The position numbers were made by a program, and so were the translations under genes. This document shows positions 1 to 8,614 of a stretch of 64,000 nucleotides of DNA, piece by piece. The notes under the pieces are model-generated. The model was not told where the DNA came from. It saw only the letters and a list, made by a program, of their open reading frames with translations, and made no database searches. Where the stretch lies: assembly GCA_965248355.1 (NCBI GenBank), contig OZ252098.1, positions 992,001 to 1,056,000 on the forward strand, read 5' to 3'. Source of the stretch: Candidatus Latescibacterota bacterium (GTDB taxonomy: Bacteria > Latescibacterota > UBA2968 > UBA8231). Numbering within the stretch: the first letter of the stretch is position 1; each line of letters begins with the position of its first letter.

Positions 1-746
1 AGAATGACGAAGGAGTCGTTCAGCGTGCGACCGCGCATGAAGGCAAGGGGAGCGACCTCAACCACTTTCATGCTCTGCAGGCGAGCCAGTCGCTCGGACT
101 CGAGCAGTTCCTGCAGCGCGTCGTAGAGCGGTCGCAGATAGGGATCCACCTTCTCCTCCAGGGCTCCTGGAAGAAAGCCCAGGCTTTCGCCGGCCTCCAC
201 GGCGGGTCGGGCGAGGATGATCCGGGAGACCTTTTTCTGCTTCAGGGAGGACACCGCCGCGGCGACGGCGAGATAGGTCTTTCCCGTACCGGCCGGGCCA
301 ATGACGAAGATGATGTCGCTGCGGCGAAGAGCCTCGAGATAGGCGAGCTGGCCGCCGCTACGAGCACGCACCGTCGTCCGGTAAGTGCGAAAGCCACGCC
401 CGCCGAGAGATTCCCCATCGGTCTTGGAGGTCTGACCAGAGACGCCCTGCAGATCCCTCTGGAGCAGGGCTTGGACTTCCTCCTCGCTGAGGCTGGGGTC
501 TCGGCGCAGGCTCTCGATCGCGGTCTGAAGCAGGCCGCTGGCCTCCCGGATCGACTTCTCTGGACCCTCGACCAGAAGTCGTTCTCCCCGGGCCACGAGA
601 GACACGCCACAGCTGTTCTCGAGGGCATGCAGGTTCCGGTCGTTGTGGCCGAATAGGACGACCGGATCCACCTCGGCGATTGAGATGGTCTTCTTCAGAT
701 CTATCGTAGGGGGGGTGATCAGGAGTCGATCAGGGTGAGAAGCCAA
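1..746 (-). CDS. phoH: PhoH-like ATPase (runs off left edge; start uncertain)
   Basis: Manual minus-strand translation: [12 protein letters not shown]alker [43 protein letters not shown]. Absent from the ORF track because it is truncated. Confidence 0.92.
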   Translation of the reverse strand, partial: MASHPDRLLITPPTIDLKKTISIAEVDPVVLFGHNDRNLHALENSCGVSLVARGERLLVEGPEKSIREASGLLQTAIESLRRDPSLSEEEVQALLQRDLQGVSGQTSKTDGESLGGRGFRTYRTTVRARSGGQLAYLEALRRSDIIFVIGPAGTGKTYLAVAAAVSSLKQKKVSRIILARPAVEAGESLGFLPGALEEKVDPYLRPLYDALQELLESERLARLQSMKVVEVAPLAFMRGRTLNDSFVI

Positions 747-797
747 AAGGCGAAAAGGGATTCGGGTTCCGGAAGTTCTCCGGTCCGAATCCCCTTT
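747..797 (-). terminator. Intrinsic terminator-like hairpin downstream of LysM gene
   Basis: Minus strand GGGATTCGG...CCGAATCCC stem (inner CCGGA/TCCGG) followed by TTTTCGCCTTTT. Confidence 0.65.
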
Positions 798-897
798 GAC
801 GCTACCGTCCGCTTTTCCCTGTAGCTGGCAAGTAGGTTGGACGACCTCAGGTATCTTTCACACGCTCCTACACAAGCCTCCGAGTAAGGGCACCAAC

Positions 898-1731
898 CTA
901 CTTGGAGGGGATATCGAGCACTTGAGCCGGAAAGACAAGATTCGGTTCCATGATCTGTTGCTTGTTCGCCTTGTAGATCTTGTGCCACATCGTCGGGTCG
1001 TTGTAGACCTCCTCGGCGATCTTCGTAAGGAAATCGCCTGAGGTCACCAGATACTGATCCTCTCCGACCGCGATCGGCACGTGGAGCTTTTGCTTCGGGT
1101 ATATCAGATCGGGATCGCTGATCTGCTCCTTGTTGGCACGGTAGATACGAGGCCACATGTACGGGTCGTCGTAGACCACGGGCTTGGAGGCGATGCCCCA
1201 CAGGTGGTCGCCCTTCATCACCTCGTAGGTGATCTCCTTCGGAGCGCGCATCATCAACTCGGCAAGCAGGTTGCCGGCACGATCGATCTTCGCCTTCATC
1301 TCGGGAAGGGCGGCGATCTTCGACATCCGCATCTCCGCCAAGTCTTCAGCCGCGACCGTCAACTCTCCCTGGCGCCACTGCAACTCCTCGGGAGCCAGCG
1401 CTGCCAAACCCTCCAACTGCTGCAGAAGCGCGTCCAGGCGGAGTCCGAAATCAGCCACCTCGGCTTCCGTCGCTCCCACGAGGGCGAGAATTTCCGCATT
1501 CCGTTGGGCTATCAACGCCTCCATGTCCTCGACTTGGGCCTGCAGCGCGGCGATCTCCTCGTCCAGCGTGACGATCTCGGCCTTGGCCCTGGCCTCCCCT
1601 GCCCTGTGAGAATGCAACTGCACGCGGAACTCCTCGCAGGTCATTTTCATGGTTTCAGCAGAGGAGTCGGTCACCAGACCGAAGGCAAGGGCAAGGAAGA
1701 CCACACCACCTAGAGGGCGATACCTTGGCAT
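898..1731 (-). CDS. Secreted coiled-coil protein with two C-terminal LysM domains
   Basis: Signal peptide-like N-terminus, heptad-rich middle, two LysM repeats (YEVMKGDHLWGIA...DPDLIYP; YLVTSGDFLTKIA...EPNLVFP). Confidence 0.88.
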   Translation of the reverse strand: MPRYRPLGGVVFLALAFGLVTDSSAETMKMTCEEFRVQLHSHRAGEARAKAEIVTLDEEIAALQAQVEDMEALIAQRNAEILALVGATEAEVADFGLRLDALLQQLEGLAALAPEELQWRQGELTVAAEDLAEMRMSKIAALPEMKAKIDRAGNLLAELMMRAPKEITYEVMKGDHLWGIASKPVVYDDPYMWPRIYRANKEQISDPDLIYPKQKLHVPIAVGEDQYLVTSGDFLTKIAEEVYNDPTMWHKIYKANKQQIMEPNLVFPAQVLDIPSK

Positions 1732-1757
1732 TTCAGCGCCTTTCTCGTAAAAGAATG

Positions 1758-2051
1758 TCACTCCGGCATCCGGCTTGACAGATTCACTTCCGTTGCGGCC
1801 TTTTTCTCGTCGAGCGCCTTCAACTCGGCCTTGTCATCGGCCAGCTTGCGCTCAAGCCGGGCCTTCTCCGCCTTCTTATTGGCGACCTGATCCTCCGCCG
1901 CCTCCATCGCCTGCCGCTGCTCGTCCAGAAGAGAGAGTTCCTTCTGATTTGGAACGGCGGAACAGCCCGCGATCAGGCCAAGGGCCAAGGCGGCGGCCAC
2001 GGCGTGAAGGGGTCTCCTGATCGCACGGGCGCTGCAACGACGAATACCCAT
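1758..2051 (-). CDS. Small coiled-coil lipoprotein
   Basis: RBS GGAG, basic N-region, hydrophobic core, lipobox LIAG-C, then EQRQAMEAAEDQVANKKAEKARLERKL coiled coil. Confidence 0.75.
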   Translation of the reverse strand: MGIRRCSARAIRRPLHAVAAALALGLIAGCSAVPNQKELSLLDEQRQAMEAAEDQVANKKAEKARLERKLADDKAELKALDEKKAATEVNLSSRMPE

Positions 2052-2155
2052 CGAGCTAACTCCCTTGTGTCTGCTTGTCGCTTGGGTGTGCTGGTCCCTG
2101 ATTACGGCCGGAGAACGGCTAGTCAGGTGCGGTCGAAAAGGCAAGATCAAGCAGG

Positions 2156-2184
2156 AAGGTAAGTGTGCCGAAGGGGGATGTCAA
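2156..2184 (-). promoter_or_regulatory. sigma70-type promoter for lipoprotein-LysM operon
   Basis: TTGACA-17 bp-TACCTT on minus strand. Confidence 0.6.
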
Positions 2185-2233
2185 GTCAAAATCCCCTGTC
2201 CCTACAAGGGCTTACAACAAGGGCCTGAGGCGC

Positions 2234-4018
2234 CTACCGGAGCCGGATCCCGAGCTCCCGGAGTTGCAGATCGTCGACCGGCCCGGGCGAATTCTCCATC
2301 AGTCCGACCGCCTTGTTCGTCTTGGGGAATGCGATGACATCGCGAATCGATTCCTCCCCGGCAAGCATGGCCACCAAACGGTCGAAGCCGAAGGCGATCC
2401 CACCGTGAGGTGGGGCGCCGTATCCGAGGGCTTCGAGCAGGAAGCCGAACTTCTCCCTGGCTTCCTGCTTGGAAATGGATAATAATCGAAAGATGCGCGC
2501 CTGCATCCAGGGCTCGTGGATCCGGACGGATCCCCCGGCGATCTCCTCTCCGTTGATCACGAGATCGTACGCGCGTGCGCGCACGATCTCTGGATCGCCG
2601 CTCAGGGCCTCGACATCCTCCGGCAGGGGGGCGGTGAAGGGGTGATGCACGGCCTGGTACGCCCCCGTCTCCGGATCCCGTTCCAGCAGGGGAAAGCGAT
2701 CGACCCACAGAGGGTGCCAGGAATCGTCGGCGAGCTGGAACCGGGCCGCCAGTTCGAGACGGAGGGCGCCCAGCACCCGGGCCGTGGCCGCCGGCTCGTC
2801 CGCAACCAGCAGGAGCAGGTCGCCGGGCTCCGAGCCGAGCGCCTCGATCAGCAGACGCTGCGAGGGTTCTGGAAAGTACTTGACGATCGACGACTCCAGC
2901 CCGCGCTGGGTGTGTCGCATCCAACTTAGACCTCTGGCTCCCTGCTCCTGCGCAAAGCCGATCAACCCGTCGATTCGACTTCTAGGTAACTGGCTGTATC
3001 CCTTTGCGTTGAGGCCCTTTACCTGCCCTCCAGAGTTAATTGAGGATCTGAAGATCCCATAGTCCGATGCACGAGCTGCTTCCATGAGTTCGACCAGCTC
3101 CAGGCCGAAGCGCAGGTCCGGTCGATCGCTGCCGAAACGCTGCATCGCTTCCCGATAGGACAGCCGGGGAAACGGATCGGGCAGCGAGATGCCGGCGATC
3201 TCGGAAAAGAGGGCTCGGGTGAGGCGTTCCGCCAGGTCCGTCACTCGGCCTTCGTCAACAAAGGACATCTCGATGTCGATCTGGGTGAACTCGGGTTGCC
3301 GGTCGGCTCGCAGATCCTCGTCCCGGAAGCACTTGACGATCTGGAAATAGCGGTCAAGACCGGAGACCATGAGCAACTGCTTGTAGGTCTGGGGCGATTG
3401 GGGCAGGGCGTAGAACTGACCTTCCTGGACGCGGCTGGGCACCAGGAAATCCCGAGCTCCCTCCGGGGTGCTGCGGATCAGAAAGGGTGTCTCCACCTCG
3501 AGAAAACCCTCGCTATCGAGGAACCGCCGTGTGATCTGGTAGCAGCGGTGCCGCAATGCGAGATTGGATTGCATTCGCTGCCTGCGAAGGTCGAGGTAGC
3601 GGTGCTTCAAACGCGTCTCCTCTCCGAGCCCGACGCTGTCGTCGAGCTGGAAGGGGACCGGTCGGGACTCGTTCAGGAGCCTCATCTCATCACAGTTGAC
3701 CTCGATCTCGCCCGTTGGCAATCTCGGGTTCACCATCCCGTCGGGACGGCGCTCGACAATGCCTTGGACGGCGATGACGAACTCGTTGCGCAAGCGATCC
3801 GCCCGGCCATGGGCGGCGGCGCCGTGCTGAGGATTGAAGACGACCTGGGTGAGCCCGCCGCGATCCCGCAAATCGATGAAGATGACGCCGCCGTGGTCCC
3901 GACGGGTCGATACCCATCCCATCAGGACCACGCGCTCACCGAGATGCTCCCCGGTCAGAGTGCCGCAATCGTGGGTGCGCTGCCAGTCGCCGAGGGGGTC
4001 CAGTTGGCTCGTAGACAT
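2234..4018 (-). CDS. aspS: Aspartate-tRNA ligase (non-discriminating-type signature)
   Basis: RRDHGGVIFIDLRD, ALPQSPQ, FRDEDLRADRQPEFTQID, GAPPHGGIAFGFDR, IRDVIAFPKT. Confidence 0.97.
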   Translation of the reverse strand: MSTSQLDPLGDWQRTHDCGTLTGEHLGERVVLMGWVSTRRDHGGVIFIDLRDRGGLTQVVFNPQHGAAAHGRADRLRNEFVIAVQGIVERRPDGMVNPRLPTGEIEVNCDEMRLLNESRPVPFQLDDSVGLGEETRLKHRYLDLRRQRMQSNLALRHRCYQITRRFLDSEGFLEVETPFLIRSTPEGARDFLVPSRVQEGQFYALPQSPQTYKQLLMVSGLDRYFQIVKCFRDEDLRADRQPEFTQIDIEMSFVDEGRVTDLAERLTRALFSEIAGISLPDPFPRLSYREAMQRFGSDRPDLRFGLELVELMEAARASDYGIFRSSINSGGQVKGLNAKGYSQLPRSRIDGLIGFAQEQGARGLSWMRHTQRGLESSIVKYFPEPSQRLLIEALGSEPGDLLLLVADEPAATARVLGALRLELAARFQLADDSWHPLWVDRFPLLERDPETGAYQAVHHPFTAPLPEDVEALSGDPEIVRARAYDLVINGEEIAGGSVRIHEPWMQARIFRLLSISKQEAREKFGFLLEALGYGAPPHGGIAFGFDRLVAMLAGEESIRDVIAFPKTNKAVGLMENSPGPVDDLQLRELGIRLR

Positions 4019-4061
4019 GCTTCTTCCGCTGTCGAATCCTGACTTCAGGCCGAAGCAACTA

Positions 4062-4090
4062 AGTTTATGTAAGGCATGCAATTGTGTCAA
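4062..4090 (-). promoter_or_regulatory. sigma70-type promoter of aspS
   Basis: TTGACA-17 bp-TAAACT in an AT-rich patch. Confidence 0.65.
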
Positions 4091-4126
4091 AGCAGGGCGA
4101 CTTTGGCCGGGCTCCCCGCCCTTCCG

Positions 4127-4154
4127 TTGACAGTCTGAACCCGGTAGCTATATT
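4127..4154 (+). promoter_or_regulatory. sigma70-type promoter of cysteine synthase operon (divergent from aspS)
   Basis: TTGACA-16 bp-TATATT. Confidence 0.6.
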
Positions 4155-4301
4155 CGCCCGCCCGGCCTGGGCCCGGGCTTGCGGTCGCCCCTAACGGAGG
4201 CCGCGAGATCCGGCGGGTTTCGGCCCCCGGGCGCCACAGGTCTCCGAGGGCAGGAAGCCCCTGGGACGAGAAAGCCTACTTCGAGCGGAGGATGTGGCTA
4301 G

Positions 4302-5255
4302 GTGACCGCCGCCCGCGGCGATCGCGGCATCGTCGATCAGATCGGCAACACACCTCTGTTGCGGCTGCCAGGCGTCGACCTGCCTGCCGATGTTTCCCTG
4401 TATGCCAAGCTGGAGTTCTTCAACCCCGGGGGCTCGGTCAAGGATCGACCTGCACGACGGATGATCCTCGAGGGGATCGCCTCCGGGCTGCTCACGCCGG
4501 ATCGGGTGATCCTCGATTCGACCTCGGGCAATACCGGCATCGCCTATGCCATGATCGGTGCTGCCCTCGGGTATCCCGTCCGGCTGGCCATGCCCGCCAA
4601 TGTGACCCGTGAACGCATGTCGATCCTCGCCGCCTACGGCGCCGATGTGGTGCTGACCGACCCGGCGGAAGGATCCGATGGGGCGATCCTGGAGGCCCGC
4701 CGGATCCAGGCGGAAGATAAGGACCGCTACTTCAAGCCCGATCAGTACAACAACCCCGCCAACTGGTGGGCTCACCGCGACTCGACCGCCCCGGAGATCT
4801 GGAGGCAGACCCGGGGCGGCGTCACCCACCTCGTAGCGACCATGGGGACCAGCGGCACCGTGATGGGAGCGGGCCGCGGACTGAAGGCACTCAATTCGGA
4901 GGTCGTCGTTGTGGGAGTCGAGCCGTCAGATGCATTCCATGGGATCGAGGGTCTGAAGCACATGGACAGCTCGATCGTCCCCGGAATCTACGACGCCGCC
5001 TTCCTGGACTCGGTAGTCGGTGTCGACACGGACGACGCTTACGAGGCTACACTGCGCCTCTCCCGGGAGCTGGGGATCCTCGTCGGCCAGTCCTCCGGGG
5101 CCGCGTACGTGGCCGCTTGCCGGGTGGCCAGGGAGCTGACGAGGGGAGCGGTTGTAACCGTCTTCTGCGACGGAGGGGACAAGTACATGACCACCCCCAT
5201 GTGGAGCGAACTTCTGAAGGAGCAGGGGGTCGCAGGAGGGAGGGGTCGATGCTGA
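4302..5255 (+). CDS. cysM: PLP-dependent cysteine synthase (CysM-like)
   Basis: KLEFFNPGGSVKDR (PLP lysine), STSGNTG, MGTSGT, CDGGDKY. Confidence 0.9.
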   Translation: MTAARGDRGIVDQIGNTPLLRLPGVDLPADVSLYAKLEFFNPGGSVKDRPARRMILEGIASGLLTPDRVILDSTSGNTGIAYAMIGAALGYPVRLAMPANVTRERMSILAAYGADVVLTDPAEGSDGAILEARRIQAEDKDRYFKPDQYNNPANWWAHRDSTAPEIWRQTRGGVTHLVATMGTSGTVMGAGRGLKALNSEVVVVGVEPSDAFHGIEGLKHMDSSIVPGIYDAAFLDSVVGVDTDDAYEATLRLSRELGILVGQSSGAAYVAACRVARELTRGAVVTVFCDGGDKYMTTPMWSELLKEQGVAGGRGRC

Positions 5256-5716
5256 GGATTGCAGAAGCACAGATGCAGAGGATCTGCCGTCAGGCGATCG
5301 AGGAGTACCCCGGGGAATGTTGCGGCATCCTCACGGCCGGGCCCGAGGGAGGAGAAATAGAGGTTCATCCCTGCCGCAACATCCAGGACGAGCTCCACGA
5401 ACGGGATCCGACGCAGTATCCCCGAAACTCGAGGATCGCCTACTTCATCGATCCCGGAGAGCTCTTCAGCATCGTCAACGGGGCGGAGAGAGAGGGGCGG
5501 AGGATCGCCGGCTTCTACCACTCCCACATCGACTGCGACGCCTACTTCTCGGAAGAAGACAAGGCTCGGGCCATGGTCTGGGACGAGCCGGCCTACCCGG
5601 AAGCGGTGTACCTGGTGGTCTCGGTCTATGACGGGGAAGTGCGCGGCCACAAGGGGTTTTCCTGGGACCCGAGGCATTCCGACTTCCCGGAGGCGGAGAT
5701 CCAGGTCCTGGCGTGA
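5249..5716 (+). CDS. JAMM/MPN+ (M67) metallopeptidase, Mec-like
   Basis: EECCG-type N-terminal Glu (PGECCG) and FYHSHxxxxxYFSEED JAMM motif; overlaps cysM stop. Confidence 0.9.
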   Translation: MLRIAEAQMQRICRQAIEEYPGECCGILTAGPEGGEIEVHPCRNIQDELHERDPTQYPRNSRIAYFIDPGELFSIVNGAEREGRRIAGFYHSHIDCDAYFSEEDKARAMVWDEPAYPEAVYLVVSVYDGEVRGHKGFSWDPRHSDFPEAEIQVLA

Positions 5717-6045
5717 TCCTCGGGAGTCCTCAGGCCCAACCCGCTCCCTACGCTGCCTTGGCCTTGGCGAGCCTGTAGCCAAGGTGTCCCGGTGCGACTA
5801 TACTAGCGCCGGCCTTTTCGAAAGCCGGTTCCCGAGGGTCGTGGGGCTTGCTGTGATCCAGCCGAATTCCCAGGAGCGGATGGTGCACAACCGGTCCGCA
5901 GGCGCGCCCCGAACACAGCCGCTGCAGCAACTGCGGGTACCGAGGTCGCCCTCCGGATCGGATCGTGCCTTGGCTGCTTGGCTGGGCTCAGCCCGGGAGC
6001 CCACTTCGCAAATCTCAGCGCAGCTCGCCATGGAGGAGTCTGACG

Positions 6046-6345
6046 ATGCCCGTAACCGTTCACGTACCAACCCCTCTCCGCAAGCTCACCGAGAACCAAG
6101 CCGAAGTGCAGGTCGAGGCTGGTTCGGTGTCGGAACTCGTCGACAACCTGGAGAAGTCCCACTCGGGGATCAAGGAGAGACTGGTCGACGAGGAGGGCGA
6201 GATTCGCCGATACGTCAATATCTACGTGAACGAAGAGGATATCCGTTTCCTGGACGGACGGGAAACGGTTCTGGAGGACGGGGACAGCGTATCGATCGTG
6301 CCCGCAATCGCCGGCGGCCGGCCTTGCGCCGCTCGATGGGGGTGA
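6046..6345 (+). CDS. MoaD/ThiS/CysO-family ubiquitin-like sulfur carrier with C-terminal extension
   Basis: GGAGG RBS; VHVPTPLR, VNIYVNEEDIRFL, IVPAIAGG followed by RPCAARWG. Confidence 0.9.
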   Translation: MPVTVHVPTPLRKLTENQAEVQVEAGSVSELVDNLEKSHSGIKERLVDEEGEIRRYVNIYVNEEDIRFLDGRETVLEDGDSVSIVPAIAGGRPCAARWG

Positions 6346-6353
6346 TTGTCGGT

Positions 6354-6608
6354 CTATATCAGGGTGTTGACGTGCCGGTTGAGGCGCGACTTGTGGCGAG
6401 CACCGGTGTTGGCTGGCAGCACCCCCTTGCGGACGGTGCGGTCGATGACCGAGATGGCGGTGGTGAGAGCCGCCTGCCCGGCCTGAGCATCGGGTGCTTG
6501 GCGAACCCGCTTTATGGCGGTTCGCATGGTTGACAGAACGCGACGGTTCCGAAGGCGCCGCTGGAGGGACTTTCGCAGACTCTTCTTCGCTGACCTGAGG
6601 GTTGGCAA
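6354..6608 (-). CDS. rpsT: 30S ribosomal protein S20
   Basis: SAKKSLRKS..RRLRNR, MRTAIKRV, KGVLPANTGARHKSRL; TTG start with GGAGG RBS. Confidence 0.95.
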   Translation of the reverse strand: MPTLRSAKKSLRKSLQRRLRNRRVLSTMRTAIKRVRQAPDAQAGQAALTTAISVIDRTVRKGVLPANTGARHKSRLNRHVNTLI

Positions 6609-6889
6609 GGGATGTCCTCCTCTCCGCTGTTGGAAGGGCTACAGCCACGCCACGCAGATCCGATTGCAGGAGCGCAACTTGGCACCCCGGGCACCGGGCT
6701 GCGCCGGGAGCCGCACCCGCCCGGTGCCGCAGGGCATAAACCTGATCAAGATAGCTGTCGTCGGCTCTCCCCGCAACTCCGCTCCAATCGGCTGGTCCGC
6801 GGCAAGGAGGGTTGCTATCATCGGGAGTGAGACATGCCGCCCGTCCGGCGATTTCGCCACCATGCCCGGAGTTTGAAGTAGGGACACCC

Positions 6890-7540
6890 TTGACGACGCC
6901 GACCACCCCGGCTGGGCGACTCCAGGAAAAGTCCCCCAGCGGCCACCGGGGCCGTGTGGCCGCTATCGTTCTCGCCGCCGGCCGTTCCCGCCGCATGGGG
7001 CGGCCCAAGCAGTTGCTGCCGTTGAAAGGCCTGACCATGATCGAGGTCGTCGCCAGGCGCGTCCGACCCCACGTGGACTGTCTGGTGGCGGTCATCGGTC
7101 ACGCCGGCGAGCAGGTAGCCGCTGTTCTGCGCCCTCTCGGGGTGATTCTGACGGTCAACGACGACGTCGACCGGGGCATGCTGAGCTCCGTGAAGTGCGG
7201 GCTGAGAGCCGCGGGGCCCGGATGGCAGGGCTATCTCTTCTGTCTGGGAGACCAGCCCGGGCTGACCGACTCCGTGGTCGGGGCTGTCCTCGCCGGCGCG
7301 GCCTCTGCGGAGAGGGGGATCGTCATACCCGCATTCTCGGGACGACGGGGGCACCCGGTCTACGTGTCCCGGCGATACTACGACGAGATCCTCGGGCTCG
7401 ATGAGAGCCTGGGGCTCAACGCCGTGACGGGTTCTCATCCGGCTGACACTCTGGAGATTCCGGTAGACGAACCCGCGGTGCTGGAGGACATGGACACCCC
7501 CGCCGACTATGCTCGCCTGCTGGGTCGAACGGCCTCCTGA
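6890..7540 (+). CDS. Molybdenum cofactor cytidylyltransferase-like NTP transferase (MocA family)
   Basis: IVLAAGRSRRMGRPKQLL, GMLSSV, LGDQP, GHPV, DMDTPADY; next to xdhC. Confidence 0.85.
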   Translation: MTTPTTPAGRLQEKSPSGHRGRVAAIVLAAGRSRRMGRPKQLLPLKGLTMIEVVARRVRPHVDCLVAVIGHAGEQVAAVLRPLGVILTVNDDVDRGMLSSVKCGLRAAGPGWQGYLFCLGDQPGLTDSVVGAVLAGAASAERGIVIPAFSGRRGHPVYVSRRYYDEILGLDESLGLNAVTGSHPADTLEIPVDEPAVLEDMDTPADYARLLGRTAS

Positions 7541-7543
7541 CCG

Positions 7544-8614
7544 ATGGACGATCCGATTCTCGCGCTGCAGGGCCTGCTCTCCGCCGGAGAACCGGTGGCG
7601 CTCTCGTCGCTGATCGGCAGCAGTGGCTCCATCCCGATGAGTGAGCGTGCCAAGATGATCGTCGATGCCGGAGGCCGCGCCCTCGGCACGATCGGGGGTG
7701 GCTGCCTGGAGGCCGAGATCCACACCGTGGCGCGGGATGTCCTGGCTTCGGGACGGCCTCAGTCGACGGACTACACCATGACCGAGAAGCAGGCCGGAGA
7801 GCACGGCCTCAACTGTGGCGGCACGGTGCGCATCTATACCGAGCGGATCGAGCCGGACTCAGGCGACATCTTTGCCGAGGTGGCCGCCGCCAGGGCCGAC
7901 CGCTCGGCCTGTGTCCTCGTGACTCGTCTCGGGGGAGCGGGGCGGGCCCTCCTGCACGCCGATGGCCGCAGGCGGGGGGAACTGGACGCGGTGCCGGCCG
8001 CCCGGCTGTCTTCCTGGGCCCGGACGGCCCTGGAGCGGGAGCGTCCGAGCCTGGAGAACGCCGAGGCGGGGGAGTTCTTCGTCGAGCCCTTCACGCCGCC
8101 TCCGATGCTCTACGTCTTTGGAGGAGGGCACGTGGGCGGCCAGATCGCCCGCCTCGCCAGGAACGTCGGTTTCCGCGTCATCGTCGTCGACGACCGTCCC
8201 TATTTCGCCAACCCCGAGCGCCACCCCGAGGTGGACGAGTGCGTGGCCGACGAAGTCGATGCCGTGTTCTCGCGAGTCCCGGCGGATGACCAGATCTACA
8301 TCGTTGCCGCCACCCGCGGCCACCAGCACGACGAGATCGTGGTGGAGCACGCCATCGCCCGGAAGGCGCGCTACATCGGCATGCTCGGGAGCGAGCGCAA
8401 GAAGGTGATTCTCTGGCAACGGATCGAGGCGCGCGGAGGGGACCGCCGTCGACTGGAGGAGGTCTATGCTCCGGTCGGCCTGGACATCGGTGCCGATACG
8501 CCCGAGGAGATCGCTGTCAGCGTGGTGGCGGAGCTGATCCAGGTACGCAGGAGCGACCGGCGAAAGCGGTGGAAGACCAAGCGCACCGCCGCACGGGCCG
8601 CCCCACGTGGCTGA
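7544..8614 (+). CDS. XdhC/CoxF family molybdo-hydroxylase maturation factor
   Basis: GTIGGGCLE, GLNCGG, FGGGHVG, TRGHQHD, YIGMLGS, PVGLDIGADTPEEIAVS. Confidence 0.92.
   Translation: MDDPILALQGLLSAGEPVALSSLIGSSGSIPMSERAKMIVDAGGRALGTIGGGCLEAEIHTVARDVLASGRPQSTDYTMTEKQAGEHGLNCGGTVRIYTERIEPDSGDIFAEVAAARADRSACVLVTRLGGAGRALLHADGRRRGELDAVPAARLSSWARTALERERPSLENAEAGEFFVEPFTPPPMLYVFGGGHVGGQIARLARNVGFRVIVVDDRPYFANPERHPEVDECVADEVDAVFSRVPADDQIYIVAATRGHQHDEIVVEHAIARKARYIGMLGSERKKVILWQRIEARGGDRRRLEEVYAPVGLDIGADTPEEIAVSVVAELIQVRRSDRRKRWKTKRTAARAAPRG

Noticed and set aside
4155..4300. SAM or Moco riboswitch upstream of cysM
   Set aside because: GC-rich stems are present, but I could not match the conserved aptamer cores.
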